Origin: an uncultured Alphaproteobacteria bacterium
GTDB lineage: Bacteria > Pseudomonadota > Alphaproteobacteria > Rhodobacterales > Rhodobacteraceae
Reading direction: 5' to 3'
Assembly (NCBI GenBank): GCA_963709765.1
Contig: CAVPXL010000001.1
Span: 33,558 to 97,557 of the forward strand
Length of the DNA stretch: 64,000 bases
Numbering within the stretch: the first letter of the stretch is position 1; every line of letters begins with the position of its first letter. A model generated the notes under the pieces. It saw only the letters and a program-made list of their open reading frames with translations, was not told where the DNA came from and searched no databases. Positions 28,814-38,383 of this stretch are shown piece after piece. The position numbers and the translations under genes were made by a program.

Positions 28814-30037
28814 ATGACAGATCGCCGTCTCACCGCCCTCGCCGCCGCCCTCCCGGCCTCTGTCCCCTTCGTCGGCCCCGAAACCCAGGAGCGCGCCCGC
28901 GGCCGCCCCTTCCGCGCCCGCATCGGCGCCAACGAAAATGTGCACGGCCCCTCGCCCCGCGCCATCGACGCCATGCGCGCCGCCGCTCCCGACGCCTGGA
29001 TGTACGGCGATTCCGCGTGCCTCGACCTGCGCACCGAACTCGCCGCCCGCACCGGGATGCCCCTCAACTCCATCGTCGTGGGCGAAGGCATCGACGGCCT
29101 TCTGGGCTACCTCGTCCGGCTTTTTGTCGCGCCCGGTCAATCGGTTGTGACCTCCGCCGGGGCCTACCCGACGTTCAACTACCACGTCACCGGCTATGGC
29201 GGCGCGATCCACACGGTGCCCTACCGCGACGACCGCGAAGACCCCGGCGCCCTCGTCGCCAAGGCTGCCGAGACCGGCGCGCGGCTGATCTACATCGCCA
29301 ACCCGGACAACCCGATGGGCTCCTGGCACGACGCCGGCGCGATGGCCCGGATGATCGCGCAGGTCCCCGATGGCAGCCTACTGGTCCTCGACGAGGCCTA
29401 CGCCGAATTCGCCCCCGAACCGACCGCACCCGCCCCGGACCCGGACGATCGGCGGGTGATCCGGATGCGCACCTTCTCAAAGGCTTACGGTCTCGCCGGC
29501 CTGCGCATCGGCTACGCGCTCGGGCACCCCGACGTCATCGGCGCCTTCGACAGGGTGCGCAATCATTTCGGCGTCGGGCGGGTGGCGCAGGCGGCGGCGC
29601 TGGCGGCGCTGCGCGATGACGAATGGCTCGCTGAGGTCCGCGTCCGCAATGTCGAGGCCCGTGCCCGCATCGGTCGCATCGCCGCCGCGAACGGGCTCGC
29701 CGCGCTGCCTTCGGCCACCAATTTCGTCGCCCTCGATTGCGGCCGGGACAGCGCGTTCAGCCGGCGCCTCGTGGCGGAACTGGCCGACCGGGATGTCTTT
29801 GTGCGCAGGCCCTTTTCCGCCCCGCAGGACCGCTGCATCCGGGTCGGCTGCGGCACCGGGGCGGATCTGTCGCTGCTCGAGGACTCCCTGCCCGAAGCGC
29901 TTGCCGCCGCGCAGGACGACACCGAGGTAGCGCGCGCCGGGAACAAGGCGACGGCGCCATGCGTTCTTTCAACTCACGGGTGTAAGTTCACAGGACCAGC
30001 GCCATGCCCTCTTTCCTATCGCATCACGTCTGGCTGA
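28814..30037 (+). CDS. Class I/II PLP-dependent aminotransferase, histidinol-phosphate-aminotransferase-like
   Basis: ORF track. The product reads IGANENVHGPSP...IYIANPDNPMGSW...RTFSKAYGLAGLRIGY. It carries an unusually long C-terminal tail of about 40 aa. Confidence 0.8.
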   Translation: MTDRRLTALAAALPASVPFVGPETQERARGRPFRARIGANENVHGPSPRAIDAMRAAAPDAWMYGDSACLDLRTELAARTGMPLNSIVVGEGIDGLLGYLVRLFVAPGQSVVTSAGAYPTFNYHVTGYGGAIHTVPYRDDREDPGALVAKAAETGARLIYIANPDNPMGSWHDAGAMARMIAQVPDGSLLVLDEAYAEFAPEPTAPAPDPDDRRVIRMRTFSKAYGLAGLRIGYALGHPDVIGAFDRVRNHFGVGRVAQAAALAALRDDEWLAEVRVRNVEARARIGRIAAANGLAALPSATNFVALDCGRDSAFSRRLVAELADRDVFVRRPFSAPQDRCIRVGCGTGADLSLLEDSLPEALAAAQDDTEVARAGNKATAPCVLSTHGCKFTGPAPCPLSYRITSG

Positions 30038-30223
30038 CGACCGGTTTCGCCGTTGTCGCCACGTCCCTTGTCGTCTGGCAGTTCTGGGGGCTGTTGCCTG
30101 TCCTCGGCCTCGCCGCCATCGCCGATCTCGCCCTGAGCCGCACCGCGCAGCTCAGGCGGATCCCGGTCGCGTCCCGCGAGGGCCCCGACGCCTAGGCCAG
30201 CGACGCTCCGCAACATTGCGGCG

Positions 30224-31460
30224 TCAGCGTCCGGCGGCGGCCGCGACCGACGCGGGGACCGGGCACGCCTTGGCGATCTCGTCCGCAGCCGCGGCAAGTG
30301 CGCCGCCTCCGTGCGGAATCGCGAGCGCCCCGAGCCCCGCCTCGATGCAGCCGAGCACGCCCATGATCATGTGCGCGTTGACGTGCCCCATATGGCCGAC
30401 GCGGAAGAAGCCGTGCCATGCCGGGTCGTCGGGCTCGGCCATGCCCAGACCGATCCCGAGTGTCACGCCGGTATTTTCCTCCAGCCAGCGCCGCAGGTCG
30501 CTCCCCGTGGGGGCGCCGATGCGCACCGCGGTGACGGAGTGGCTGCGCAGAGCGCGGTCGCGGACGTTGAGCTCCACCGGCCCCTCGGAGCCCCACGCCT
30601 CGAACGCGGCCCAGATCGCGCGGGACAGCGCCGCGTGCCGGGCCCAGACGGCTTCCAGCCCTTCCTCGGCAATCATGTCGAGCGCGGCCCGCAGACCATA
30701 GAGGTGGTGTGTCGGCGCGGTGCCGTCGAAATGCTGGTAGAAGCTCTCGGGCCGCGCGCGCAGCCGCCAGTCCCAATGGTGGGTGACGCAACCGGCACGG
30801 TCCCGCGCCTCGGGCCGCGCGGTCGTTGAAGAAGACGAAGCCCAGGCCCGGCGGCGTCATCAGTCCCTTCTGCGAGCCGGTGACCATCACGTCGACGCCC
30901 CATGCATCCATCTCGAAGCGCTCGCAGGCCAGGCTGGCGATGCAATCGGCCATCAGCAGGGCGGGATGATCCGCCGCGTCGAGAAGCCGGCGAAGCGCGG
31001 CGATGTCGTTGCGGATGCCCGTCGCGGTGTCGACATGAACGGCGAGCACGGCCTTGATCCGATGGTCGCGGTCCCCGGCCAGCGCCTCGGCCACGCGGGC
31101 CGGATCGATGGTATCGCGCTTGCCGAAATCGAGCATCCGGCAGGTCACGCCGAGGCCCTGCGCCATCCTGCCCCACATCAACCCGAAACGCCCGGTCGCC
31201 AGAACCAGCACCTCGTCGCCGGGCGAGAGAACGTTGGCGAGCGACGCCTCCCACGCCGCATGGCCGTTGCCGATGTAGATCGCCACGTCGTGACGGGTGC
31301 GCGCGACGGCCCTCAGGTCGGCCAGCATCGCCGGCATCATCTCGACCAGCTCGCCGGTATAGATGTTGGGCGATGCCCGGTGCATCGCGTTCAGCACCCG
31401 GTCGGGCACCACCGACGGGCCGGGGATGGCAAGGTAGGTGCGGCCGTGGGCGAGGCTCAT
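30224..31460 (-). pseudogene. Class V aminotransferase (serine/alanine--glyoxylate aminotransferase-like) with one frame break
   Basis: The N-terminal 240 aa lie in the frame of ORF 30192..31490 (MSLAHGRTYLAIPGPS...GSQKGLMTPPGLGFVFFNDRAA). The continuation EARDRAGCVTHHWDW...LYGLRAALDMIAEEGLEAVW... lies in the frame of ORF 30224..30676. The switch occurs at the GGG run 30812-30814. Confidence 0.75.
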
Positions 31461-31594
31461 CGCGCGTGTCTCCGTGGATTTGTCGACCATGATGGGTAGG
31501 TCGCGTTGCCGCCATCGTCAATCGGGCCGCCGCTTGCCAGCCGGAGCGGGCCGCGATAGACGCCCGACACCGATCCAGCGAGGTCAGACCCGGC

Positions 31595-33358
31595 TTGCCG
31601 AACGTGCCCGAAACCGACGCCAGCGTCTCGCGACTGACCGCCCGGTTCTGGCGCGACTACCTGCGGCGCCACCGGCTCTGGATGATCGTGGGCTTCGTCC
31701 TGATGGCCGTCGAAGGCTCGACGCTCGGCATCCTGAGCTACATGCTCAAGCCGATGTTCGACCGGGTCTTCGTGGGCGGCGAGACCAGCGCGATCTGGTG
31801 GGTCGGCGGCGCGATCTTCGCGCTCTTCTGCGTCCGGGCCGTCACCGGTGTCGCCAACCGGGTCATCATCACGCGGATCAGCCAGGGCACGGTGCGCAAG
31901 TTGCAGGTCGACCTGCTCGACCACCTGATGACCATCGACGGCGGGTTCTACGCCCGCAACGCGCCGGGCAAGCTGATGAGCTATCTCAGCAACGACACCC
32001 TCGCCGTGCAGGCCGTCTGGCGGGTGCTGATCGACGGTGTGGGACGCGACTCCGTGGCGCTGGTCTCGCTGATGATCGTGGCGTTGTCGATCGACTGGGG
32101 CTGGACGCTGGTGGCGCTGGCGGGGGCGCCGCTCCTGATCCTGCCGATGGTGCTCCTGCAGCGCTACATCCGGCGCAAGGCGCGCCAGATGCGGGAGAAG
32201 AACGCGGCGCTGTCGACCCGGATGAACGAGGTCTTTCACGGCATCGCGCCGATCAAGCTCAACCTTCTGGAATCCTATCAGCTCGGACGCTTCAGGGCGC
32301 TGGCTGACGACATCATCACCGGCCAGACCAAGATGATGGCGAGCCGGGCGATGCTGCCGGGCCTGATCGACATCGTGACCGGCCTCGGATTCTTCGGCGT
32401 GCTGATCGTCGGCGGGCGCGAGATCATCGCGGGCGACAAGACGGTGGGCGAGTTCATGTCGTTCTTCACCGCGATGGCGCTGGCGTTCCAGCCGCTGCGA
32501 CGGCTCGGCGGCGTCGCCGGCACGCTGCAGACCGCCGCCGCCAGCCTCGAGCGGCTCTACTGGCTTCTCGACACCAGACCCACGATCCTGTCGCCGGCCA
32601 CACCGGTCGCCGTGCCCCGCGCCGACAGCACAATCCGCCTGGAGAACGTGAGCTTCGCCTACGAGACGATGCCCGTTCTGTACAACGTGAGCTTCACCGC
32701 CCGCGCCGGCGAGACCACGGCGCTGGTCGGGCCGTCGGGCGCCGGCAAGAGCACGGTCTTCAACCTGCTGACCCGCCTCGCCGATCCGGATCGAGGCGAG
32801 GTCAGCGTGGGCGGCGTTCCGACGCGGAGCCTTGCCCTCCCCGATCTGCGCGGCCTCATTTCCGTCGTCACGCAGGACGCGCTGCTGTTCGACGAGACGG
32901 TGCGGGAGAACATCCTTCTCGGGCGTCGCGACGTCAGCGCGGCGCGCCTCGACGAAGTGCTGGAGGCGGCCCACGTGGCCGATTTCCTCGGCCAACTCCC
33001 CGAAGGGCTCGACAGCCCTGCCGGGCCGCGCGGGTCGAACCTGTCCGGCGGCCAGCGCCAGCGGATCGCGATCGCGCGGGCGCTTCTGCGCGACACGCCC
33101 ATCCTGCTGCTCGACGAGGCGACCTCGGCGCTGGACGCCGCCAGCGAGGCGCTGGTCCAGCAGGCGCTGGAACGTCTGAGCCAGGGCCGCACGACGCTGG
33201 TCATCGCGCACCGGCTGGCGACGATCCGCGATGCGCACAAGATCGTGGTGATGGAGGCCGGCCGCATCCACGACGAGGGCACCCACGCGGAGCTGATCGG
33301 CCGGGGGGGCCTTTACGCGCGGCTCAACGAGCTGCAGTTCCGGGACACGGCCGCCTGA
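31595..33358 (+). CDS. ABC exporter, fused permease/ATPase (MsbA-like)
   Basis: ORF track, with a TTG start. Six N-terminal TM segments precede Walker A (GPSGAGKST), the signature LSGGQRQR and Walker B (ILLLDEATSALD). Confidence 0.85.
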   Translation: MPNVPETDASVSRLTARFWRDYLRRHRLWMIVGFVLMAVEGSTLGILSYMLKPMFDRVFVGGETSAIWWVGGAIFALFCVRAVTGVANRVIITRISQGTVRKLQVDLLDHLMTIDGGFYARNAPGKLMSYLSNDTLAVQAVWRVLIDGVGRDSVALVSLMIVALSIDWGWTLVALAGAPLLILPMVLLQRYIRRKARQMREKNAALSTRMNEVFHGIAPIKLNLLESYQLGRFRALADDIITGQTKMMASRAMLPGLIDIVTGLGFFGVLIVGGREIIAGDKTVGEFMSFFTAMALAFQPLRRLGGVAGTLQTAAASLERLYWLLDTRPTILSPATPVAVPRADSTIRLENVSFAYETMPVLYNVSFTARAGETTALVGPSGAGKSTVFNLLTRLADPDRGEVSVGGVPTRSLALPDLRGLISVVTQDALLFDETVRENILLGRRDVSAARLDEVLEAAHVADFLGQLPEGLDSPAGPRGSNLSGGQRQRIAIARALLRDTPILLLDEATSALDAASEALVQQALERLSQGRTTLVIAHRLATIRDAHKIVVMEAGRIHDEGTHAELIGRGGLYARLNELQFRDTAA

Positions 33359-33387
33359 CCGGCGCGGCGCAGACCGAAAGGGACGAG

Positions 33388-34152
33388 ATGACCATCTCCG
33401 ACAACCGCACCATCCTGCGCATCGGCGGCGAGGACCGTCTGGAATTCCTGCAGGATCTGGTGACGAATGACGTGAGCCGGCTGGAAGACGGACTGGTCTA
33501 CGCCGCCCTGCTCACGCCGCAGGGAAAGTATCTGGCGGATTTCCTGCTGTTCGACGAAGGGGATGCGGTGTTGCTCGACGTGGCGGCCGCGCTGGCGGAC
33601 GGCCTGCTGCAGCGGCTGACCCTCTACCGGTTGCGCGCCAAGGTGACGCTCGAACGGACCGATCTCGGCCTGTCGCGCGGGACGGGTCCGGCGCCCGACG
33701 GGGCGCTTGCGGATCCGCGGCATCCGGCGCTGGGCTGGCGGCTCTACGGAGAGGCGCGCGACAGCGACGAAAGCGGGTGGAACGCGATCCGCGTCGAGCA
33801 TGTCGTCCCGCAAGCGCTGATCGAATTGCAGCCGAACGAGAGCTACATCCTCGAGACCGGGTTCGAGCGCCTGCACGGCGTCGACTTCCGCAAGGGCTGC
33901 TACGTGGGCCAGGAGATCGTCGCGCGGATGAAGCACAAGACCGAGCTGCGCAAGGGTCTCGCCCGGGTGCAGATCGAGGGCGACGCACAGCCCGGCACGC
34001 CGATCACTGCCGATGGCCGGCCCGCCGGCACGCTCCATACGCGCGCCGGAGACCGCGCCATCGCCTATCTGCGCTTCGACCGGGCCCAAGGTCCGATGAT
34101 GGCCGGCGATGCGACCGTGCGCCTGGACTGGATCCCCGACGCCGGGTCGTGA
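33388..34152 (+). CDS. ygfZ: YgfZ/GcvT-like folate-binding protein
   Basis: ORF track. The product reads LRIGGEDRLEFLQDLVTNDV...LLTPQGKYLADF...KGCYVGQEIVARMKH. Confidence 0.8.
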   Translation: MTISDNRTILRIGGEDRLEFLQDLVTNDVSRLEDGLVYAALLTPQGKYLADFLLFDEGDAVLLDVAAALADGLLQRLTLYRLRAKVTLERTDLGLSRGTGPAPDGALADPRHPALGWRLYGEARDSDESGWNAIRVEHVVPQALIELQPNESYILETGFERLHGVDFRKGCYVGQEIVARMKHKTELRKGLARVQIEGDAQPGTPITADGRPAGTLHTRAGDRAIAYLRFDRAQGPMMAGDATVRLDWIPDAGS

Positions 34153-34158
34153 GCCGTC

Positions 34159-34722
34159 TCAGGCGCGCTCGGCGTAATCCATGGTCTCGGTATTGACGAT
34201 GATGTCCTCGTCCTGCCCCACGAAGGGCGGCACCATGACCTTGACGCCATTGTCGAGGATCGCCGGCTTGAACGAGTTCGCCGCCGTCTGGCCCTTCACC
34301 ACCGGCTCGGTCTCGACCACCTTGCAGACGACCTTCTGGGGCAGCGTCGCGTTCAGCGCCTCGGCTTCGTAGTACTCGATGTGAACGGTCATCCCGTCCT
34401 GCAGGAACGGACGACGTTCGCCCAGAATCTCTGCCGGGAGCTCGATCTGCTCGTAGGTCTCGCTGTCCATGAAGACCAGCATCCCGTCGCTTTCGTAGAG
34501 GAATTGCTGGTCCTTCTGCTCGAGCCGGACGCGCTCGACCTTGTCGGCCGACCGGAAACGCTCGTTGAGCTTGGACCCGTTGCGCAGGTTGCGCATCTCG
34601 ACCTGCGCGAAGGCCCCGCCCTTGCCGGGTTTCACGTGATCGACCTTCACCGCGGTCCACAGACCGCCATTGTGTTCGAGCACGTTGCCGGGACGGATTT
34701 CGTTGCCGTTGATCTTGGGCAT
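34159..34722 (-). CDS. efp: Elongation factor P
   Basis: ORF track. The product reads [46 protein letters not shown].... Confidence 0.95.
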   Translation of the reverse strand: MPKINGNEIRPGNVLEHNGGLWTAVKVDHVKPGKGGAFAQVEMRNLRNGSKLNERFRSADKVERVRLEQKDQQFLYESDGMLVFMDSETYEQIELPAEILGERRPFLQDGMTVHIEYYEAEALNATLPQKVVCKVVETEPVVKGQTAANSFKPAILDNGVKVMVPPFVGQDEDIIVNTETMDYAERA

Positions 34723-34939
34723 CGGCGAAAATATCCAAATTTGTTGAAGAGAAGTCGGCGGCAGCTATATCTGTGCAGTCGGCCGGTGACAACCCGGTGG
34801 ATTTTCGCGTGTCGCCGGGTCAGCAATGCTCTCAGTGCATAGCTGCCATTCCGAAATCGCCAGTCGGAATCGGGTTCGGAGTGGGCATAAGGGGCGGCAC
34901 GCCCGGGGAAAGCAAGAGCAAGAATAAGAGGACGACTTG

Positions 34940-35254
34940 ATGTCAGACTTTGTGGACGGCACGGCCTTCAATCATGAACAGGGCAATCGCGCGCGCAAAC
35001 TATTTGCCGCCGTGGTCCTGGCCGCCTTGGACGATGCCATTGCCGATGACAAGAAGTACGGAAACGGACCGGAACAGATCGCCCGCTGGGCGCGGTCGCG
35101 GGACGGTCGCGAGGTGCTGACCTGCGCCGGGATCGACCCGAACGAGCGGGTGGTTTCGGGCCTCATGGATTTCGTCGGGCGCGGGGTTCGCACCTCGGTC
35201 GCCCTGAGCCGCGAGGAATCCGAGCGGCGCGCCCAGCAGGCGCAGGCCGCCTAG
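34940..35254 (+). CDS. Conserved-looking hypothetical protein
   Basis: Based on ORF 34937..35254, with ATG 34940 preceded by AAGAGGA. The composition is coding-like. I recognise no family. Confidence 0.5.
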   Translation: MSDFVDGTAFNHEQGNRARKLFAAVVLAALDDAIADDKKYGNGPEQIARWARSRDGREVLTCAGIDPNERVVSGLMDFVGRGVRTSVALSREESERRAQQAQAA

Positions 35255-35328
35255 AAGCGCCGGGATCCGGATTTTCCAGACAGCGCGCCAGGGATGGCGC
35301 GCTTTCTGGATTGGTTGCGGGGCCGCCG

Positions 35329-35655
35329 TCAGTCGGCGACGCGGCCGCCCATCAGCCTGAGAACTTCGCGCCGGACGAGGGAGCGGATCTTCTGGGTCAA
35401 CCGCTGGCCGAACGCGGCATTGAGCTCGTCCCGCACCATGTGTCGAACGAGATCCTTCAACGCCCGTTCGTCGAGGATGTGACCCTGCGACGCCGGACGC
35501 GGTGGTTCGTCGAATAGCTTCATCAGTGTTGCGCCCGATGATCGCCGCTGCTCCGGCAGATCTATCCGACTTTCGGCACCCAGGACCAGGATGTCCGTGA
35601 TGGTCTGCCGCTCCAGCGGCAGGACGTCGAGTGCCATGCCCGAACTGTCCAACAT
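35329..35655 (-). CDS. Short DUF2497/PopZ-C-terminal-like protein
   Basis: ORF track, with GAGGCGGG upstream of ATG 35655. The C-terminus LKDLVRHMVRDELNAAFGQRLTQKIRSLVRREVLRL resembles the DUF2497 C-terminal helix pair. It lies next to tolC-pcm. Confidence 0.45.
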   Translation of the reverse strand: MLDSSGMALDVLPLERQTITDILVLGAESRIDLPEQRRSSGATLMKLFDEPPRPASQGHILDERALKDLVRHMVRDELNAAFGQRLTQKIRSLVRREVLRLMGGRVAD

Positions 35656-35735
35656 GCTGCCCGCCTCATTTCTTGTTTATAGTTTATTAAGAAATGATAG
35701 CGCACGTCTGGCGAGCACACAATACTCGCGTGAAT

Positions 35736-37109
35736 TCAGCGATTCCCGAGGCGGCGGAGGATCCTGTCCAGCCGCTCGCCCTGCGGGCTGACCTCGCGCA
35801 TGGGCGCCTGGCGCACCGCCTCGTAATGTGCCGATGCGTCATAGGTCGCGATGCCGAGATTGAGGTCGTCGACCGTCAGCATGCCCATCGCCCGAAGCAG
35901 CGCATAGACGGCGACGTACTGGTCGATCTGCGACGAGACCAGCGACACCCGCGCATCGAGCAGGTCCTGCTCGGTGTCGAGAACGTCGAGCGTGGTGCGC
36001 GCGCCGAGCTTGGCCTCTTCCTGGGTGCCGCGCAGGGCGACCGTGGCCGCCTCGACCTGACCGCGGTTCGCCTCGATGCTGGCACGGGTCACGGTGAGAT
36101 CGGACCAGGCCTGACCGACCTGCTGCTCGGCCTGGAAGACAACCGTGTAGAGCGCGGCCCGCGCCGCGTCGCGCCGCGACTGGGCCTGGCGGAAGAGCGA
36201 CGACAGGCGCCCGCCCTGGTAGATCGGCCCGCCGAGCTGGATGCCGACGCTGCGCTGGTCGTCGAAATCCTCGTCGAAGGCGACACGGGCGTTGAGCGAG
36301 AGCGAGGGCTTCATCGCGGCCTCGGCCCGCAGGATGTTGAACTCGGCGACCGCGACCTGGCGCTGTGCCTCGTTGACGCTCGGATGCTGCTGGCGCGCCA
36401 TCTGGAGCGACTGCTCGAGCGAGCCGGGAAGCCGGGGCGCCGGCGGCGGTGGCGCGAGGTTCTCCGGGTAATGCCCGACCGCCGCGCGGTATTCCTCGCG
36501 CGCGCGCGCCAGAGCGCCGACGGCCGACGCGAGACCCGAGCGACTCGCGGCCACCCGCGCCTCGGCCAGCGAGACATCGGTGCGCGTGACCTCGCCGACC
36601 TCGAACCGGTCATTGGCGGCCCGCAATTCCTGCGAGATGACCCGGAGGTTGTTCTGGCTCAGCTCGACGAAGGATTGCTGGAGCCGGACCTGCATGTAGG
36701 CCGTAAGCGCCCGGAACAACGCGGTCTGCTCGGCACCGCGGAGCGCCTCCCGCGCCGCCATAACCGCCTCCTTGGCCGCGTCGATCGCGTATCGCGACCC
36801 GCCGAAATCGTAGAGCAGCAGATCCGCGCTCAGCCGGAGCGAGAAGTCCCAGTTCTCGCCACCGGGCGCGACCGGGTCGACGTAGTTCGAGGCGGCGAGG
36901 TAGTTCAGGACCGGCCGGAGCGTCGCCACGGCCTGCGCCACGTTCTCGTCGGCCGCGCGCACCAGGGCCCGGTTCTGTTCCAGCAGACCGCTGTGGCGAT
37001 AGGCCGAGATCAGCGCATCGGTCAGCGTCTCCGCCCGCGCCGCCGGCGCCGACAGGACCAGAGCAATCGCGATGGTTCCAATGCCTCTCCCGAAATACCG
37101 TCTCAGCAT
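35736..37109 (-). CDS. tolC: TolC-family outer membrane channel
   Basis: Same frame as ORF 35736..37427, with ATG 37109. The signal peptide is MLRRYFGRGIGTIAIALVLSAPAARA. The mature N-terminus ETLTDALISAYRHSGLLEQNRA and a two-fold internal repeat are both typical of TolC. Confidence 0.85.
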   Translation of the reverse strand: MLRRYFGRGIGTIAIALVLSAPAARAETLTDALISAYRHSGLLEQNRALVRAADENVAQAVATLRPVLNYLAASNYVDPVAPGGENWDFSLRLSADLLLYDFGGSRYAIDAAKEAVMAAREALRGAEQTALFRALTAYMQVRLQQSFVELSQNNLRVISQELRAANDRFEVGEVTRTDVSLAEARVAASRSGLASAVGALARAREEYRAAVGHYPENLAPPPPAPRLPGSLEQSLQMARQQHPSVNEAQRQVAVAEFNILRAEAAMKPSLSLNARVAFDEDFDDQRSVGIQLGGPIYQGGRLSSLFRQAQSRRDAARAALYTVVFQAEQQVGQAWSDLTVTRASIEANRGQVEAATVALRGTQEEAKLGARTTLDVLDTEQDLLDARVSLVSSQIDQYVAVYALLRAMGMLTVDDLNLGIATYDASAHYEAVRQAPMREVSPQGERLDRILRRLGNR

Positions 37110-37138
37110 CGCGCCCCTCCCCGTCGAAAAAAATCCTG

Positions 37139-37816
37139 TCAGAGCGCGAAGGCGCTCTCGGCCTGAAATCCGCGCAGGACAGGAGCCCCGGCGTTGAATG
37201 CGTAGCGCCATGAAACCTGTCCGTCGATCCGGTGCCCGATGCGGCACGTCCCCAGCGCCCCTTCGGCGAAGAGGCAGACGATACGCCCCCCCTCCTTCAG
37301 CTGGCCGAGCAGCGAATCCGGCACCCGCTCCACCGCGCCTTCGATGATGATCACGTCGTAGGGGCCGTGCCTGGGCGCGCCGTCGACCAGGCTCCCCTCG
37401 ACGAGCGCCGCGTTGTCGGCGCCCCATTCGGCGAGCGACTGCTCGGCCTCCCGCGCCAGCGACGGGTCCTCTTCGAGAGCGATCACGGTCTCGGCCAGGC
37501 GCGACAGGATTGCTGTCGAATAGCCGAGCGCCGGCCCCACATCGAGAACCAGGTCCCGGGGCTGGATATCCACCACGTCGAGCATCTTGGCGAAGGTGCG
37601 CGGCTCGAGCACGACGCGCCCCTGCCCCAGCTCGATGTTCTCGCTGGCATACGCCGTCTCGCGGCGGTCGGACGGCACGAATTCCTCGCGCGGAACCAGC
37701 AGGAATGCCTCGATGATCGGGTACTTGGTCACGTCCGACGGCCGGATCTGCGTGTCCACCATCATCGTCCGCCGCGCCACCTGGTCCGTCATGTCCGGCT
37801 CAAATCTTTGCTTCAT
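37139..37816 (-). CDS. pcm: Protein-L-isoaspartate O-methyltransferase
   Basis: Based on ORF 37139..37840, with ATG 37816 preferred. The SAM motif VLDVGPALGYSTAILS is present. Confidence 0.85.
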   Translation of the reverse strand: MKQRFEPDMTDQVARRTMMVDTQIRPSDVTKYPIIEAFLLVPREEFVPSDRRETAYASENIELGQGRVVLEPRTFAKMLDVVDIQPRDLVLDVGPALGYSTAILSRLAETVIALEEDPSLAREAEQSLAEWGADNAALVEGSLVDGAPRHGPYDVIIIEGAVERVPDSLLGQLKEGGRIVCLFAEGALGTCRIGHRIDGQVSWRYAFNAGAPVLRGFQAESAFAL

Positions 37817-38022
37817 CCCTTGTCGATCAAGATGTCGCACAGAAGCCCGCAGGCGGCAACAGCGCCGCGCGCGCTCCTGTCCGGCGGGCGTCGCACCTGT
37901 CGCAGAACGGCATCGCTGGCGGCGCAGGCCGCGCCGAAATCGCCAGCGCGACGCGTCGCCGGATCCGCCGCCCCCTTGCGTCGCGGCCCCGACCCCGGTA
38001 GTGCCAGCCCAGCAAGGCTGAC

Positions 38023-38096
38023 GGCGAGTTGGCGGAGTGGTTACGCAGCGGATTGCAAATCCGTGTACAGGAGTTCGATTCTCCTACTCGCCTCCA
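38023..38096 (+). tRNA. tRNA-Cys (anticodon GCA), CCA encoded
   Basis: The sequence is GGCGAGTTGGCGGAGTGGTTACGCAGCGGATTGCAAATCCGTGTACAGGAGTTCGATTCTCCTACTCGCCTCCA. It folds as a cloverleaf with a 7-bp acceptor stem and the anticodon loop TTGCAAA. Confidence 0.9.
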
Positions 38097-38383
38097 CATC
38101 CATCCCCGATAATCCCGGATAGGTTCCGGCAAGCCGCGCGGCGCCGCCCTTCGCGCATCCGGCCGGCCTCCGCACATCCTGCCCCATCCCGGCTCGCGAC
38201 CCGGCGCCGAGCCGCGCGCAATCCCGCCGCCCAATTCCTCCGCCCGCGCCCGCGCCCGGTGCCCCGCGCCAAGGCGAGACTTGCCTTCCGTTGCGTCAAC
38301 GGCAAGCATGGAGCCAAGACCGACCGGCCCGGCATGTCCTGCACGACATCGAGGCCGGCACCAACAGGAGGGGGAAGACACCC

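Noticed and set aside
30004-30195. A 63-aa hydrophobic ORF overlapping the 3' tail of the aminotransferase gene.
   Set aside because: It has no RBS and overlaps the preceding ORF by 34 nt. Its composition fits a chance hydrophobic frame. It cannot be supported from sequence alone.
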